Source of the DNA: Octopus vulgaris
Lineage: Eukaryota
Direction of reading: 5' to 3'
NCBI GenBank assembly: GCA_951406725.2
Contig: OX597817.1
Span: forward strand, 106,764,001 to 106,828,000
DNA: 64,000 nt
Shown: positions 1 through 12,630 of the stretch, piece by piece
How positions within the stretch are numbered: position 1 is the stretch's first letter
Layout of the letters: the number at the start of each line of letters is the position of its first letter
Program-made: the position numbers and the translations under genes
The notes under the pieces: generated by a model
Told to the model about the DNA's origin: nothing
Databases searched by the model: none
The model's input: the letters and a program-made list of their open reading frames with translations, nothing else

Positions 1-984
1 GGAGATTTAAATTTTTGCAAGGATGAGGGCCTTGCAACTAGTCACAATAGTCACAAGTCCCTCCATGCCTCTCCAAGTCCTAGACCAATCTACTGGTAGG
101 ACCTACCTCTTTTAAGCCTCACCCCTCTAGAGTGTCTTAATAGTTACATTTAATACTAAGCAAGTTCTCCATTCCTTCCACTCAAGAAATGAATCCTTGA
201 AGATCATTGTTTCTCTTGATAAAGTCAAGTTAAACAAATGCATTTAACTACAAGCACAATCTTGTCTCCTCTTCAGACTAACAAATGAGAGACAAAAAAA
301 TATGATCCATTTTAAATACTGCTGGTTCAAAAAGCAACACATTAGAACACAAAGAAAAAAAATATGGATAAACTCGTATAATTATACTTTGTATTCTGAC
401 AACAGTACTAGAAATATATATAATAAGACAATTACTGTTTCACTAAAACGATCATGTTTCTCACACTTTGGTAGTCAAACAGTAAATTAGTTGAAACACT
501 AATCAACTTTAGTTGAAACACTGAGTACTTCAAAAATCAGCAAAATATTTAAAATTTAAAATCTATTCTTAGCAACAGCATCTTTATTTTTTAAAATATT
601 AGAAACTTATAGTAGTTAGCACTAGAAAAAATATATGTACACTCAATAAATTTCTTTTAAATTCTGTATCAAGTTATACAGCTTTCTTAATTTTAAATCA
701 GTCTTTAGGCATGAGATAATCTAACCACTACCAAACAAGGCAACATGCCTCACATCATTCTACTTAACTTGAGCCTGTAAATTAGCAGGAGTTTCACCAA
801 ATCTACAATAGTTACCATTGAAAACAATGATTCACTTCTAATCCATTTAAGATGGAAAACTGAATGTTTGATAGCAATCTACTCAGTGTATTTTCACCTT
901 CACAAGCAGTTACACTGCATGTATGTTGTAACACACACACACACACACACACACAGGCATTCCTCAATTGTTTCCGTCACAATA

Positions 985-3290
985 CAAATTAAGAGATATA
1001 AGCTCAATTGATGAGGAATAAAATTAAACTAGATAAGACACAGTTTGGTTTTGTACCTGGGAGGAGTACCACAGTTGCCATCTTTCTAGTGAGACAGCTG
1101 CAAGAAAAGTATTTGGTCAAAAGTAAACCATTGTACTTAGCTTTTGCCAACTTGGAGAAAGCTTTTGACAGAGTCCCCTGTTCTCTTATCTGGTGGTCTC
1201 TAAGGAAGCTAGGATTAGAGGAATAGCTTGTTAGAGCTGTACAAGCCATGTACAACTGTGATGTCAGTAAGATGAGAGTCAGCCATAAATACAGTGATGA
1301 ATTTAGCATACAGGTAGGTGTTTATCAGGGCTCAGTTCTTAGTTCACTCCTATTCATCATAGTCCTCCAGGCCATAACCAAGGAATTCAAAACTGGATGC
1401 CCATGGGAACTACTATATGCTGATGACCTCAATCTTATTGCATTATCTAGAGCAGAATTAGAGAAGAAATTCCAGGTATGGAAGCAAAACCTGGAATCAA
1501 AGGGCCTTAGAGTTAACCTAGCAAAGACCAAAGTTGTTGTTAGCAAAAAAGCAGATAAGACTCTTTCTGTCAGGTAAATAGCTCTGCTCAATATTTTGGA
1601 AAGGAGTGCGAAGTAATTCCATTCACTGCACCCAGTGTAAGTTATAGACACCATAATAGATGCAGTGGAATCACAAATAGATTAATAGATAAGGTCGCCT
1701 TTATGTGTGGCAGATGAGCAGGAACAATAAGCACTAAGAGCACACAGGACTTAGACTCTCTCAAATGCTCAGGAGGCTCTCTTGAGGTAGTAGTTTCTGT
1801 TACTTAGGTGACCAAATTATCAATGACAGTGGATGCTCTGAAAGAATTGTTTCTAGAATAAGAATAAAATGGAGTAAGTTCAGAGAGCTACTACCTCTAT
1901 TGGCAACAAAAGGACTATCTTTCAGAGTGAAAGGTAGATTGCATGATGCTTGTGAATGAACAGCTATACTCCATGGTAGTGAGACATGGGCTCTGGACAC
2001 AGGGGACATGTGTATGCTCCACTGGATGTGCAGCATCAATGTGTATAAACAACAAAGAGCAAAAGTTGGGCATAAGGAGAATCAAATGCAGTGTGCAAGA
2101 GAGGAGACTGTATTGGTTAAACATGTGATGCATATGAATGAAGACAGCTGTATAAAGAAGTGTCAGTCACTACAAGTGGATGACACCTGCAGAAGAGGGA
2201 GACCCAGGAAGACATGGGATGTTGAGGCTCATGGAAGAAATGACAATGGACTGAGATGACTGGTGACATGAGCTTCTAGAGTAGACCTGCCCACATCAAA
2301 CAAAACTGAGTTCTAGAAGCATTGTGTTCCACCCACAAATAATAAAATTTTCACACACCCTGCCCCAACAAACCAAACTACATCTCTTTCAAACTGCATC
2401 TCTTCTCTCCACCACATTTCCTCTTCATATACTACAATTATCTCCCACTCCCCAATCCTGTGCTCACTGCATCACTGCTTTCCCCACCCCTTTATAAACC
2501 CAGGTTCTCATCAGTCACAATATTTCCTACCTCTACTCCTTACTCATGCCTTCTTGGCAATACCCTGCCGCATATATAACCTCCATACCTTGAGGGTATG
2601 TCCTGGTATCAGCCATCATTTATCTCTCTCTTCCTTACTCTACCATTCCATTTATGCTCTGATACCTATATCTTGTGAGTATGCTATGGCACTTCACCAC
2701 CCTCTCTCTCCTGCTCTCTCTTACACTCTTGCTATTTCTCACTCTGTCTCTCTCTCTCTCTCCATTACTCTTCCCTCTGGCTGGATAACCATGTATATCC
2801 TCTACAGCAGTACACCTGTTTCTGCCCTCTTTCTTATGAACTCTTTCTCTGGCTGGGTAACCATGTACCTCCTCTACAACAAGGCATCTATTTCTGTCTC
2901 TCTGTCACACTCTAACATTTCATCATCTGTCACAAGATCACCTCCTCCAATACCCACTCTCAACGATCCCTTATCCTGCAAGTTACTTGGTGACCCTGCC
3001 AGTGCTGGTTCCACTTAAAATGCATCCAGTCCACACTGTGAAGTGGCTGGCATTTGGAAGGGCATCCAGCTGTAAAAACCATACCAAAACTGAACTCATC
3101 TGTGATGGTGCCACATAAAAGGCACTCAACCCACTCTGCAGGGTGGATGGTGTTAGGAAAGGCATCCAGCTGTTAAAATCATGCCAAAACAGACACAGAA
3201 GTATGATGCAGTCTTCTACCTGGCCAGCTCCTGTCAAATCATGTAACCCATGCCAGCATAGGAGGAGGACATTAAGCAATGATGATGATG
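985..3290 (+). mobile_element. 5'-truncated, degenerate RTE-clade LINE: RT domain, pyrimidine-rich 3' UTR, (GAT)n tail
   Basis: RT motifs QFGFVPGRSTT, LEKAFDRV, GVYQGSVLS and LLYADDL broken by stops; tail ggaagggcatccagctgt...gatgatgatg. Confidence 0.92.
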
Positions 3291-3526
3291 CTTCAAGAGT
3301 GATTTTACATATTCATGCCCATTGACAAAATAAGATGGTAGTAAGTGAATGTAAGAAAGTGAATTAATAATGCTCATGATAATCTTATTAAACATAACAG
3401 AAAAATATTCATATGGATTTCACAAAAGACATGCTATAAGTAATGATAAATTGTCATGAAGTCATACATTCAACAAGTTCTTTATTGTTTTGCAAGCAAG
3501 CAATCATGTACAACATAAGCACAAAC

Positions 3527-3541
3527 CTTCTCATTTGATAT
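3527..3541 (-). CDS. Candidate 15-nt prominin microexon (ISNEK)
   Basis: cattttgctttgtag|ATATCAAATGAGAAG|gtttgt; phase 0; UGC close to the acceptor. Confidence 0.35.
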
Positions 3542-3622
3542 CTACAAAGCAAAATGTTCATTATAAAAATAGCATCTAACAATCATATTAGTAAAGGTAC
3601 TCAATGTGAGGTGTGCATGTAT

Positions 3623-3664
<42 letters not shown>

Positions 3665-3669
<5 letters not shown>

Positions 3670-3820
3670 GAGGATTTGAGAAGCAATGACAAGTGATAAT
3701 TCTGTAAATAATAACAATATTTTACAAGCTTTAAAGCTTATAAGTGATCACTGTGTATATTCGGGACTCAAACCCACACCTTTATATTTCCGTGATAAGA
3801 GAGCTAATGTTATACCAACA
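3665..3820 (-). mobile_element. Decayed tRNA-headed SINE-like fragment ending in (TA)n
   Basis: Minus strand shows A-box-like tggtataacattagc and B-box-like ggtttgagtccc. Confidence 0.45.
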
Positions 3821-4359
3821 TAGGTACATTTATTTCTATATATAAATATATATATACACACACACATACACACACACACACAAATGTAAACACAAACACT
3901 TTAATTATGGTGCAAATTAAAATAGTAAAAGCAAACTTGATACAACACTTAAATTTTTTAATACAGCATAAAATATATAATATTATACACATGCAGTGAA
4001 AATTCTTATACATGCACAAAATACTATTCTTAACTTTTATGAATTAACAAGTTGATTTTTTTGTATATATTATCAAAATGTCCAGAAAATAACTCTTATT
4101 AATTTAAATGATCTAAGAATCTTTTAACACAATATATGTTAAAAAAATAAAATTAAAATTGGATTTAATGAGCCTAGATATTAATAAAGTAGAAAAAAAA
4201 CATTAACAGAATTATGGTTTAGCTGTAATAAACATACAAATTTATAAAACATAGCAGATTCCATTTAATAATTTGTACTGAGCTAAATGATGAAAACAAG
4301 TGCTCCATGCATTGTGATGGTGTGGCAAGCTATCACAATGGTCAAATATTTGAACTCAC

Positions 4360-4368
4360 CTTATGAAG
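4360..4368 (-). CDS. Candidate 9-nt prominin microexon (LHK)
   Basis: tttcttcttttctattctcaag|CTTCATAAG|gtgagt; phase 0, frame-preserving. Confidence 0.45.
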
Positions 4369-5778
4369 CTTGAGAATAGAAAAGAAGAAACATTAAAAAT
4401 ATTTGAATTATATGACAAACTCTCTCCAACACCGGGTTAAACATCAGTCAATAGAGGAGTTGGTGAAATATAGCCTTTACAGTCTTTAAAATGAAGATCA
4501 CAAGTTTAAAATGGCTAGTTAAAATATCAAAGGCCAACTGATAGTAACATGATAAAGATGTTACATTTGTATGTCTGGATTGCTAAACTCAGATTATTTT
4601 CTAAGTATTCAATTGACTATTCTTGTATCTTAGTTCAAACAAAGTTGACTAAGGTTACTTTGATCTTTTAACAACAATCTGTATGAAACTTCCTCTAGTT
4701 TTATGACAGAGATCTTCCAGTTTAAAACCATCCATCATAATTTTATAATTGAACATTTTTTATTATATTCCAAATGAAAGCATAAGAATGAAAAATTAAT
4801 AAAATTTCTTCAAATTCTTGATTATGCTGGAGACTAATTGAAAATTATAAACATTGGAAATATAGTTACAGACATATCAAAATCACCAGCAGTTGAAAAA
4901 TTAGGTTAATTTGTATTTCTAAATAAATATGTGCAATAGATATTTTTCCATACATCTTCCTGTGATGCACCAGGGCACATCAGCAGTGATGTTTCAGCTC
5001 TCTCATTATCAGGCACATTCACTTAGATGACCTAGCCAGGGTTGATCAAGCTTGCATCCAGTTAGCACTACCCCTGGTAGCATTACACTTTTAAAGGCTT
5101 GCACTTTCTGATTCACAACCACTTTGAGGCAAACTTTGTTGCCTCCACAGCCAACTTGAAGGCCTTCTGGTCCCTATGTCAACTATGTTATGTGCTCTGT
5201 AGCAGGACTGGCTTGCAAACCCTCTGCATACCATCTCAATGGGATCACATCCTGTTCACTACCCATTGCTTTGGCACAACTCCACTAGCTCAGCATATTT
5301 CTTTCCTTTACTCTTGCTATCCTCTTTGATGCAACTCTCCAAAGGGACAGAGAGTTCTAACAGAACTCGCTTCCCTCTTTCTCTCCTAGGGTTTTTGGAA
5401 GTCATTAGTTTTTTAATATATGTCTGAGCTGGTTAAATATCTAATTTGTCATGAACTATTATTTTCAGCATCAATCAACAAATTCTAGCTTTTCAAATTC
5501 TTGATTTAATTCTGCTAATTTTTCTAAAAAAAATTACAGGTATTATAGGTTATAACAAATTTATAAAATATTCAAACAACATAAACGATTATATTAATCT
5601 TTAACTCATTTCAATTATTGGAGAATACCTTCAAAATACAGATTTAGCACCTCAAATTGGTATAATTAATAACAAAACCATAAACAAGGAATGTGAAGAA
5701 AATAATCTTTCCTAACAATGTGTTTTATATTTATTTTGGCCACATGAAATTAATGGTAAATGTTAACTGCCAACTTAC

Positions 5779-5925
5779 CTCTTCTTCATACTCAGATATA
5801 TTAATATGGAAACTCTTAGGGTCTTTGAATATATCCAGTTTATTTTGTAGTTCAGGAGTGATTAAAGAGACTTTATCAATTTTAATTTCCTTATTTGATA
5901 AGTTCTTTAGCGCTTTATTTAGTTC
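5779..5925 (-). CDS. PROM1: Prominin-like exon O (147 nt, phase 0->0): ELNKALKNLSNKEIKIDKVSLITPELQNKLDIFKDPKSFHINISEYEEE
   Basis: tttttcag/gtaagt sites; lies within ORF 5731..6018; resembles the prominin loop-2 segment. Confidence 0.9.
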
Positions 5926-6249
5926 CTGAAAAATTAAATGAATAAATATTACATATGAATAAAGTACATAATTATTTCTCTCTTCTCTCATCTCATGTGG
6001 TTTCAGGTTCAGTCCCACTGCACAGAAACTTGATCTACTATAGCCCTGGATTGACCAAAGCTTTTAAAGTGGATCTGGTAGACAGAAACTGAAAGCCCTC
6101 TCTCTCTGTGATTTACACAATATTAAACATTTAGTCTCATACTAGTCAATGCATGCTGCCAAATGGCTTCAAACTGAAGAAACCTCGGAGTGTGGAAAGG
6201 TAAATTAGCAATCATCAGGCATGGCTTGGTATAGGTGTGTGTGTGTGTC

Positions 6250-6480
6250 ACCTAGTCTTGACATCACATGGTAATATTTTATGAGTGTCACCGTCAAATA
6301 AGTGATGTCCATTTTCAATTTTCTGTGAAAACATGTCTAGCCATGAAGAAATGTTACTTTGCTACAAGATAGACAGGGAAGATTTCCAATGGCATCCAGC
6401 CAGAGAAAATCTACTCCAACAAGTTGAGTCTGCTCCATACAAGCATGGGGAAGTGGACATTAAAACAATGATGATGATGA
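6250..6480 (+). mobile_element. SINE-like repeat sharing the RTE 3' tail; related copies near 15620-15760(+), 59940-60140(-), 62070-62270(-)
   Basis: Shared body aaaacatgtct.gccat..gaaat.ttac...ggcatccagc...catgc.agcatgg followed by a gatgatga tail. Confidence 0.7.
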
Positions 6481-7477
6481 AGTGAAGTGTGTGTGTGTGT
6501 GCATGCATGTGTGTATATATATATTTTGTTTCAAATTTGTGTAAATGTGTATAGAATAATATATCAGTTGAATAAAGTTAAAACATAGTCTGGTTTTCAT
6601 GTTTTTTTTTATTATGGCATTTTAACAAAATTAGCACTTTCATGCATAGTGTACTCATCAGATTTCAAATATGTTTAACTGACAGTTGAGTTCTTGCCAG
6701 GCGTACCTACATTCTGCAACTTGTTTGTATTTATTAATCTACATCATTAACTGGTTGTTATATTATTGCTGTTAAATATAGATATATATATCTCCCAAAG
6801 ATAAATCATCTCTAGAGGTGTTTTCCCTTCTTTCAAAACTATTTTAGATCTATTTTTTTCATATCAGCAATAATGGAATGGATTTCTTTTGTTTAGGCAT
6901 GCTTTTAAGATTCCAATGAGTAATAATTTAGATAATACAGTACTTCAGTTTTATTTAAGTATGTTGTTTTCTTATTATTACTGTTGTCATTTCTTTTAAC
7001 CAAATCAGTTCAAGAGCTATAACTGATCAGCTAGACAGCTACTAATGTGATTGAATGAAGGCATTCAGAATCGAACTAGATGTTTAGTCTATTATAATTC
7101 TCATAATAATAGACATGTATCCCAGCATTAGAACAGACACACCATGTCCCTGCAAGTCATAAGAGACAACTATAAGATTTGGCCACAGAAAGAGCATCCA
7201 GCTGTAAAATGCTGCCTGAAAAAACCTGTCTGCCTCATGCCAACATGAAAAAATGGATGTAAAATAATGATAATTTGTATAGAGGTTGCTAGAGTATATG
7301 CTTAATTTGTATGTACAGTCTTAAATATAATTAAGCATGAAGTAAGAGAGGCAGTGCCTATTTTCAGTACACTCGACTGAGGTAAGCCAGTTTGTCTTGC
7401 CTAAGGTATAATGCAATGATTGCATAATCTGTTCTTGTTTTGTAGCTGAATAGAGCCACATAATTGAAAAACAAGGT

Positions 7478-7705
7478 TTAACCCTTTATCAATGAAACTG
7501 GCTATATCCAGCACAAAATTCCCTACCTGCTTAATGTTCAAACTGGCCAGATCTGGTCTCTCACACCTACTTAACAAGATCATTGTAAAAATCAACAATC
7601 ACATCACTGAAATCTCAAAGCTATGAGATAATTGATGATTAATTCAAATCAATGTGAATGAACATGTATTACTTTTGACAGAGTAATCTGAATGCTAAAA
7701 GTTCA
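7478..7705 (+). mobile_element. TTAA-flanked ~225-bp MITE (piggyBac-like); copies at 29558-29778(+), 42628-42855(+), 52170-52388(-)
   Basis: Best copy (42628) reads TTAA-ccttttagcatt...aatgctaaaagg-TTAA; four copies share the internal ggcctctcacacctac segment. Confidence 0.8.
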
Positions 7706-7964
7706 AACAAATGAAACAACAACTTCGTTTCCTAGAGTTTCAACCACTATTTCATGTCTGTCAAATTAAACAGCATGTCAAAGTTAAATGGTTGGTCTAA
7801 CAATACATCTATTGAAAAATTGCCTAGTTACTTGCATATTAAGATGTGACAATGAATCAAAACTTAATCACCAATAATTACAAAACTTGCCTTTTATCTG
7901 ACGCAGTTCACAAGAAAAATAATGACTTATCTTTTTATGACAAAAATTATTTTTTGATGAGAAC

Positions 7965-8695
7965 CCTGCCCCCTCACAAATGTATTTTTACATCTCTCCT
8001 TCCCCATTCTTGCAGCCCAATTCCGTCTTTCGTGCCCCGCCCACTGTATCATTGTTATCCTGTTGTTCCCCACTCCTCTATATACCCAGGTTTCACCAGT
8101 CACTGCACTCTCTCTCCCCTCTTTGCATTCATGTGAATTCCCTACTCTCTACACATGCACCTTTAGCAATTCTCTACCATCCCATTTGTATTCTCACGCC
8201 CATACCTTGAGAGGATGCTGTGACACATTGCTACCATCTCTCTATATCTCTCTCTCATTCTTGATCAATCTCTCTCCCCCAGACAGGGTAACCATGTATC
8301 TCTTCTATAGCTAGGTACCTGTTTCTGTCCCTTTGTCACACTAACCTCTCATTGCTTGCTACAAGGCAACCTCCTCCAATATCCCACCTCTCAAAGGATC
8401 TTTGTTTTGCAAGTTACTTAGTAACCCTGCTGGTGCTGATGCCATGTAAAAACATTTCCAGTCCATATGGTAAAGTGGGTGGCAATCGGAAGGGCATCCA
8501 GCCATAAAAACCATGTCATGCTAGTACCACATGAAAAAACCCTCAGTCTATTTTGTAAGGTGGTTGGTGTTAGGAAGGGCATCCAGCTGTAAAAATCATG
8601 CCAAAACAGTGAAGCCTGATGCAGTTTCCTGGCTTGCTATCTTCTGTCAAACCATCCAACCGACACCAGCATGGAAAACGGATGTTAAATGATGA
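7965..8695 (+). mobile_element. RTE 3' UTR and tail fragment; another near 28440-28820
   Basis: Collinear with 2330-3290 (gggtaaccatgtatc, caagttactt.gt.accctgc, duplicated ggaagggcatccagc). Confidence 0.8.
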
Positions 8696-8759
8696 CAATT
8701 TAACAAATTTTAATGAAATTTTACATTTCTGCAAATAAACGATTTGATTTTGAACTCAC

Positions 8760-8838
8760 ATTTATATCAATGACTGAGTTAGTGATATTTCGGTCCAGCC
8801 CTATAGCATTGAATAATGAATAATTTTTTCCACAGTTT
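8760..8838 (-). CDS. PROM1: Prominin-like exon N (79 nt, phase 2->0): NCGKNYSLFNAIGLDRNITNSVIDIN
   Basis: Prominin-like CxxNxSLx motif; cttctttcag/gtgagt sites. Confidence 0.9.
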
Positions 8839-8917
8839 CTGAAAGAAGATGAAAAACAGGCATTAGAGACAGTGAAAGAAAACATTTAACTAGAATCTTT
8901 TGTTCAATAATTTTTAG

Positions 8918-9260
8918 CATCCAAGCCACATGGTTCCAGGTTCAGTCTCATTGCATGGCACTTTAGGCAAGTGTCTTCTACTATAGTCTTGAGCTAACCA
9001 AAGTGGATTTGGTAGATGGAAACTGAAAGAAGCCCATTGTATTTATATGTGTGTGTGTGTTTGTCCCCTACCATTGCTTGATTACCAGTGTCGGTGTGTT
9101 TACATCTCTGTATCTTAGTGGTTTGCAAAAGAGAGCGATAGAATACTAGGTTTTTTAAAAAAAAAGTTCTAGGGTCAATCTGATTGACTAAGCATTTCAA
9201 GGGGATGCCATGATATAGCCACAGTCAAATGACTGGAACAAGTAAAAAATAAAAGATAAA
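8918..9260 (+). mobile_element. Abundant tRNA-headed SINE with internal (TA/TG)n; similar copies near 18760-19070(-), 25682-26090(+), 33440-33785(-), 35518-35870(+), 37432-37825(-), 43517-43895(+), 47580-47970(-), 49495-49850(+), 53735-54110(-), 57130-57580(+), 58730-58900(+), 60150-60325(-), 62537-63140(+)
   Basis: Recurrent consensus ggctgtgtggtaagaag...ggttcagtcccactg...ttgggcaagtgtcttctactatagcc...ggtagacagaaactgaaagaagccc...caaatgactgaaacaagtaaaaga, with A/B-box-like head. Confidence 0.9.
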
Positions 9261-9590
9261 ATAAATGGGTTCCATAGTATTTTAATACTGAGAAAGCATT
9301 CAATAAAATGAGATATCAGTTGACAATCATTAAACATTTTATAAAAACATCAAAGAGAGTTTCATTTAAATAGTAGCAGACTTTTAATTAGTAGCACAGA
9401 AATTCATGTGACTTACATCTGAATGTTGCATTCAATATGTAGGAATTAAAGTAAAAGGGAAAACAAAAAATTAAACTGCACTGAACAAAAGATTGATAGT
9501 ATGAAAATTTGTTTTTAAAAATCAATACATATAGACACAGGTGTGGCTATGTGGTAAGAAGATTATAATATTTGAGAACATAATACTTAC

Positions 9591-9667
9591 TCCAGAATTT
9601 GGTAAGCTCGGATGCCCACGACTTGGTTCTCAAAAGTATAAGAGGTATTGAAGGGTGACAAAAATGG
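9591..9667 (-). CDS. PROM1: Prominin-like exon M (77 nt, phase 0->2): PFLSPFNTSYTFENQVVGIRAYQILE
   Basis: tatttgtag/gtaagt sites; the alternative upstream AG (9713) introduces a stop. Confidence 0.82.
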
Positions 9668-10650
9668 CTACAAATAATTAGAAAATCCAAATTAAGATAA
9701 ACTATCTATCAGCTGTAATTAATAAAGCAACATTAAATGGCAAATCTTAGTTTATGTTCATTTACTGAAGTGATTAATAACAAACGAGACTCATCACCTC
9801 AAACCTAAAAGCATTTCAAGTGGGGGGTTTTTGGCAGCTCTTGCCTTCATATATTCCCACATTATTAATAGTGAAAGACTGTTGCAACAATGAACTCTGA
9901 ATCAAGAAATCCATGGTTTGTTGTTTTACTTGACAAATTCTTGTCTAATCAATAGTGTGGTTTGATATTATACAGAAAAACTTGTGATAAACTGACTAAC
10001 TTGGAGATAGTTTAAGTAACTCTGTTTCAATGGGAGAATTCTCAGATGGATGTTGTTAGCTGGAGATTTACAGTTGACATGAATATTGATATTTCTTTCT
10101 GGGCATTTCAGTTATACAGAATAAGGTTAGCAAGAACTAAGTTCAACATCACTTCAGTTACAGAAAAACTATGATTTTCATACAAAATGTGTATATCTAT
10201 GCATGTTCCCCAAATAAAGATTAACAGTAAAATGAATGGAAAAGCAATCAATGAAGGTATGTAAATAGTTTATAACAGAGTATATTCCAACACTGCATTT
10301 TATTTGAGGGACAACACAGTTGATCCAACTAGTATTAAAATCTCAAGGAGGTTTTCATGAACATAGATGTACAGGAATAATGCCAAAACACTGCTTTGGC
10401 AGAAGCCATCTACACCTTGAAGTCCCTATATTTAACTAGAATCTTTAGAGATTTTGACCCAAAAAGACATTCTAAATAACTTTTCTTTTAATGTAAATTG
10501 CTGCTAAATCATTAAAGATTGTGCCTGCATTTTTTTTATTTTAAACTCATGCTTAATATATTAAATCAAAGTGAAGAGCCGACCAGTTGACATCTTGAAG
10601 TAAAACTATGCAAGATTCCTAAGAGAAAATTGACAAATGAAATGGTAATC

Positions 10651-11559
10651 TATGAAGTGCATTCAAAAAATATTGAACTTTATTTTTTTCCCCACTAAAA
10701 CCAATGTCACACAGGCAAAATCCTTTGGATGGGAGGTGACCTTACCTTTCCTGCACATGCATGAACAATTTCATACATCTGCTAGTAGACCACTTCAATT
10801 TTGAACTACTATGCCTTGAGTATAGATGTGCACTTGTTGGATTTTTGCTTTCAAGCAAGATGACCTAACACACCAAGTAGAGTCATTGTATCAAGTTTTG
10901 CAAAAAGCTTGGTGATACTCAAGCTCAAACCATCCAGAAGATTCAACAGGTCTTTGGTAATGATGCAATGGTCAAAACTCAGATCAAGGAGTAGTACAAC
11001 TGCTTCAAACATGGCTACACCTCAGTGGAGAGCAAAGATTGTTCAGGTAGGTCATTCACAAGATGAAACAAGGAGCTGATTGTAAAGACTTGGTGAATAG
11101 TCATAGAAGACCATTGTGTAACAATCCAAGAAATTACTCATGAAGGATCAGTACATTCCATTTTAATGGTGGATTTGTGCATGGAGAGAGTGCCGGTAAG
11201 AAAGTAAAGTTGGATACTTTTGAACACACCTCGTAATTCAAGCTTTCCTGGTCAAGAATAACACACCACTTGTTTGACAGGTTCCCTACTCTCCTTACCT
11301 GGCACTGTGTGACTTCTGGTTTTTCCCTAAACTGAAGCCACACTGAAAGACAAGTGATTCAAGTCATGAGATGAAATTATGAGAAAAGCGACAGTGGATT
11401 TCTATATTCCAGAGATGTTACCATTAGTGGCAGAACTGCTGGAAGAAGTGTGTGAACTCTGAAGGAAAGTATTTTGAAGGTGATTAAATAAAATTTGTGA
11501 AGTATACAAAATTATCTTTTTATGCCCAAAGGTCAGATACTTTTTTAACACATCTCATA
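10651..11559 (+). mobile_element. Internally deleted mariner-family DNA transposon
   Basis: Degenerate TIRs (tatgaagtgcattcaaaaaatat / atacttttttaacacatctcata); HTH remnant CIKFCKKLGDTQAQTIQKIQQVFGNDAM; YSPDL-like PYSPYLALCDFWFFPKLK. Confidence 0.85.
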
Positions 11560-11899
11560 TGAAGGGGTTTGAATAGTTTATACAGACACTGCAATGGTCA
11601 AAAGGAAAAAGTTTCAGCATCTCGGTTGAATAGTTATGTTCATATTCCATCACTGTCACTGTATCGTGTCCTGGAAAAGACAGCAGCTATGAACAGCAGG
11701 CTAGGGCACCAAATTGGTTAACTGTATGATTGTCAAGAGAGGATGACAAATCCTAAAGTTTAAAGGAAACAGATGGCAAGACATCTGGAAAAGCAACATC
11801 AAGAGGATTTACATAATTGTTTCACTGACCCCTGCCTCCTAAAATTTGTAATCTGTTTATGTCTATAAATGTTTAAAGATGAAGTCAGAAGATTGTTAC

Positions 11900-12029
11900 C
11901 TGAAGACGTTGTGGATGTGAACGATCAATGTAACGGCAGCCTTCAGTGTAGAGAACACCACCAAGGACAAAGTAGACAATTACAAGTATCATCAGTATCC
12001 AAGAAAATAGGAAGAAGAATCCAACAGCA
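11900..12029 (-). CDS. PROM1: Prominin-like exon L (130 nt, phase 2->0): TM4, AVGFFFLFSWILMILVIVYFVLGGVLYTEGCRYIDRSHPQRLQ
   Basis: Prominin VGFxFLFSWILMxxVxxxFxxGG...C motif; tatttcag/gtaaca sites. Confidence 0.95.
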
Positions 12030-12327
12030 CTGAAATAAAAAAAAAAAAATCACTATCACATTTAATTTTCTAGACAACTCAAAATATTCTTAGTACTTCT
12101 TGGAGGGGAAGTTTTATATCTGCTTGCATGGTATAAAAAAATTACGGTGGTATTTAAATAACACTTACACATATCTCTGTCTTTACTTTTAGTAGATTTT
12201 CCAGTAGTATTTTTAATAAAACTTTTTTTTTTTAAATATTCCAACTGATTTATAAGAGATAATTTATAAATTTAAGACATCTAAAAATACCAATGCAAAG
12301 AAAAACAACATTATTAGTTTCACTCAC

Positions 12328-12474
12328 GTTAGAAGAAAGTTAGCAGCAACATTTTTGTTACAACAATTACTATTTTCACCATGTCGTTCTCCACACAATC
12401 CAAAAAGGATCCCAAGATAAATGAATATGACAATTAATAGGAGTATAGATGCTGCACCTAAACCAATGTACCAT
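12328..12474 (-). CDS. PROM1: Prominin-like exon K (147 nt): TM3 and intracellular loop, WYIGLGAASILLLIVIFIYLGILFGLCGERHGENSNCCNKNVAANFLLT
   Basis: Prominin LGxxxGLCG motif; tcatttag/gtgagt sites. Confidence 0.95.
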
Positions 12475-12630
12475 CTAAATGAAAAACAAAACAGAAAAGA
12501 AAACAATTGTAAAATATTAATAAATGAAAGTATCATATATGACATTAAAAAAATCATAAATTTTTCAAAAAAAAAATACAATAAATTTTAAATTATTCTC
12601 AACAAAATTCAATAAGAAAGAGTGACTCAC

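Noticed and set aside
5480-5523. Strong minus-strand acceptor followed by coiled-coil-like KLAELNQEFEKLEFVD
   Set aside because: Wrong phase after exon O (phase 0 hits TAG at once) and the frame ends in a stop.
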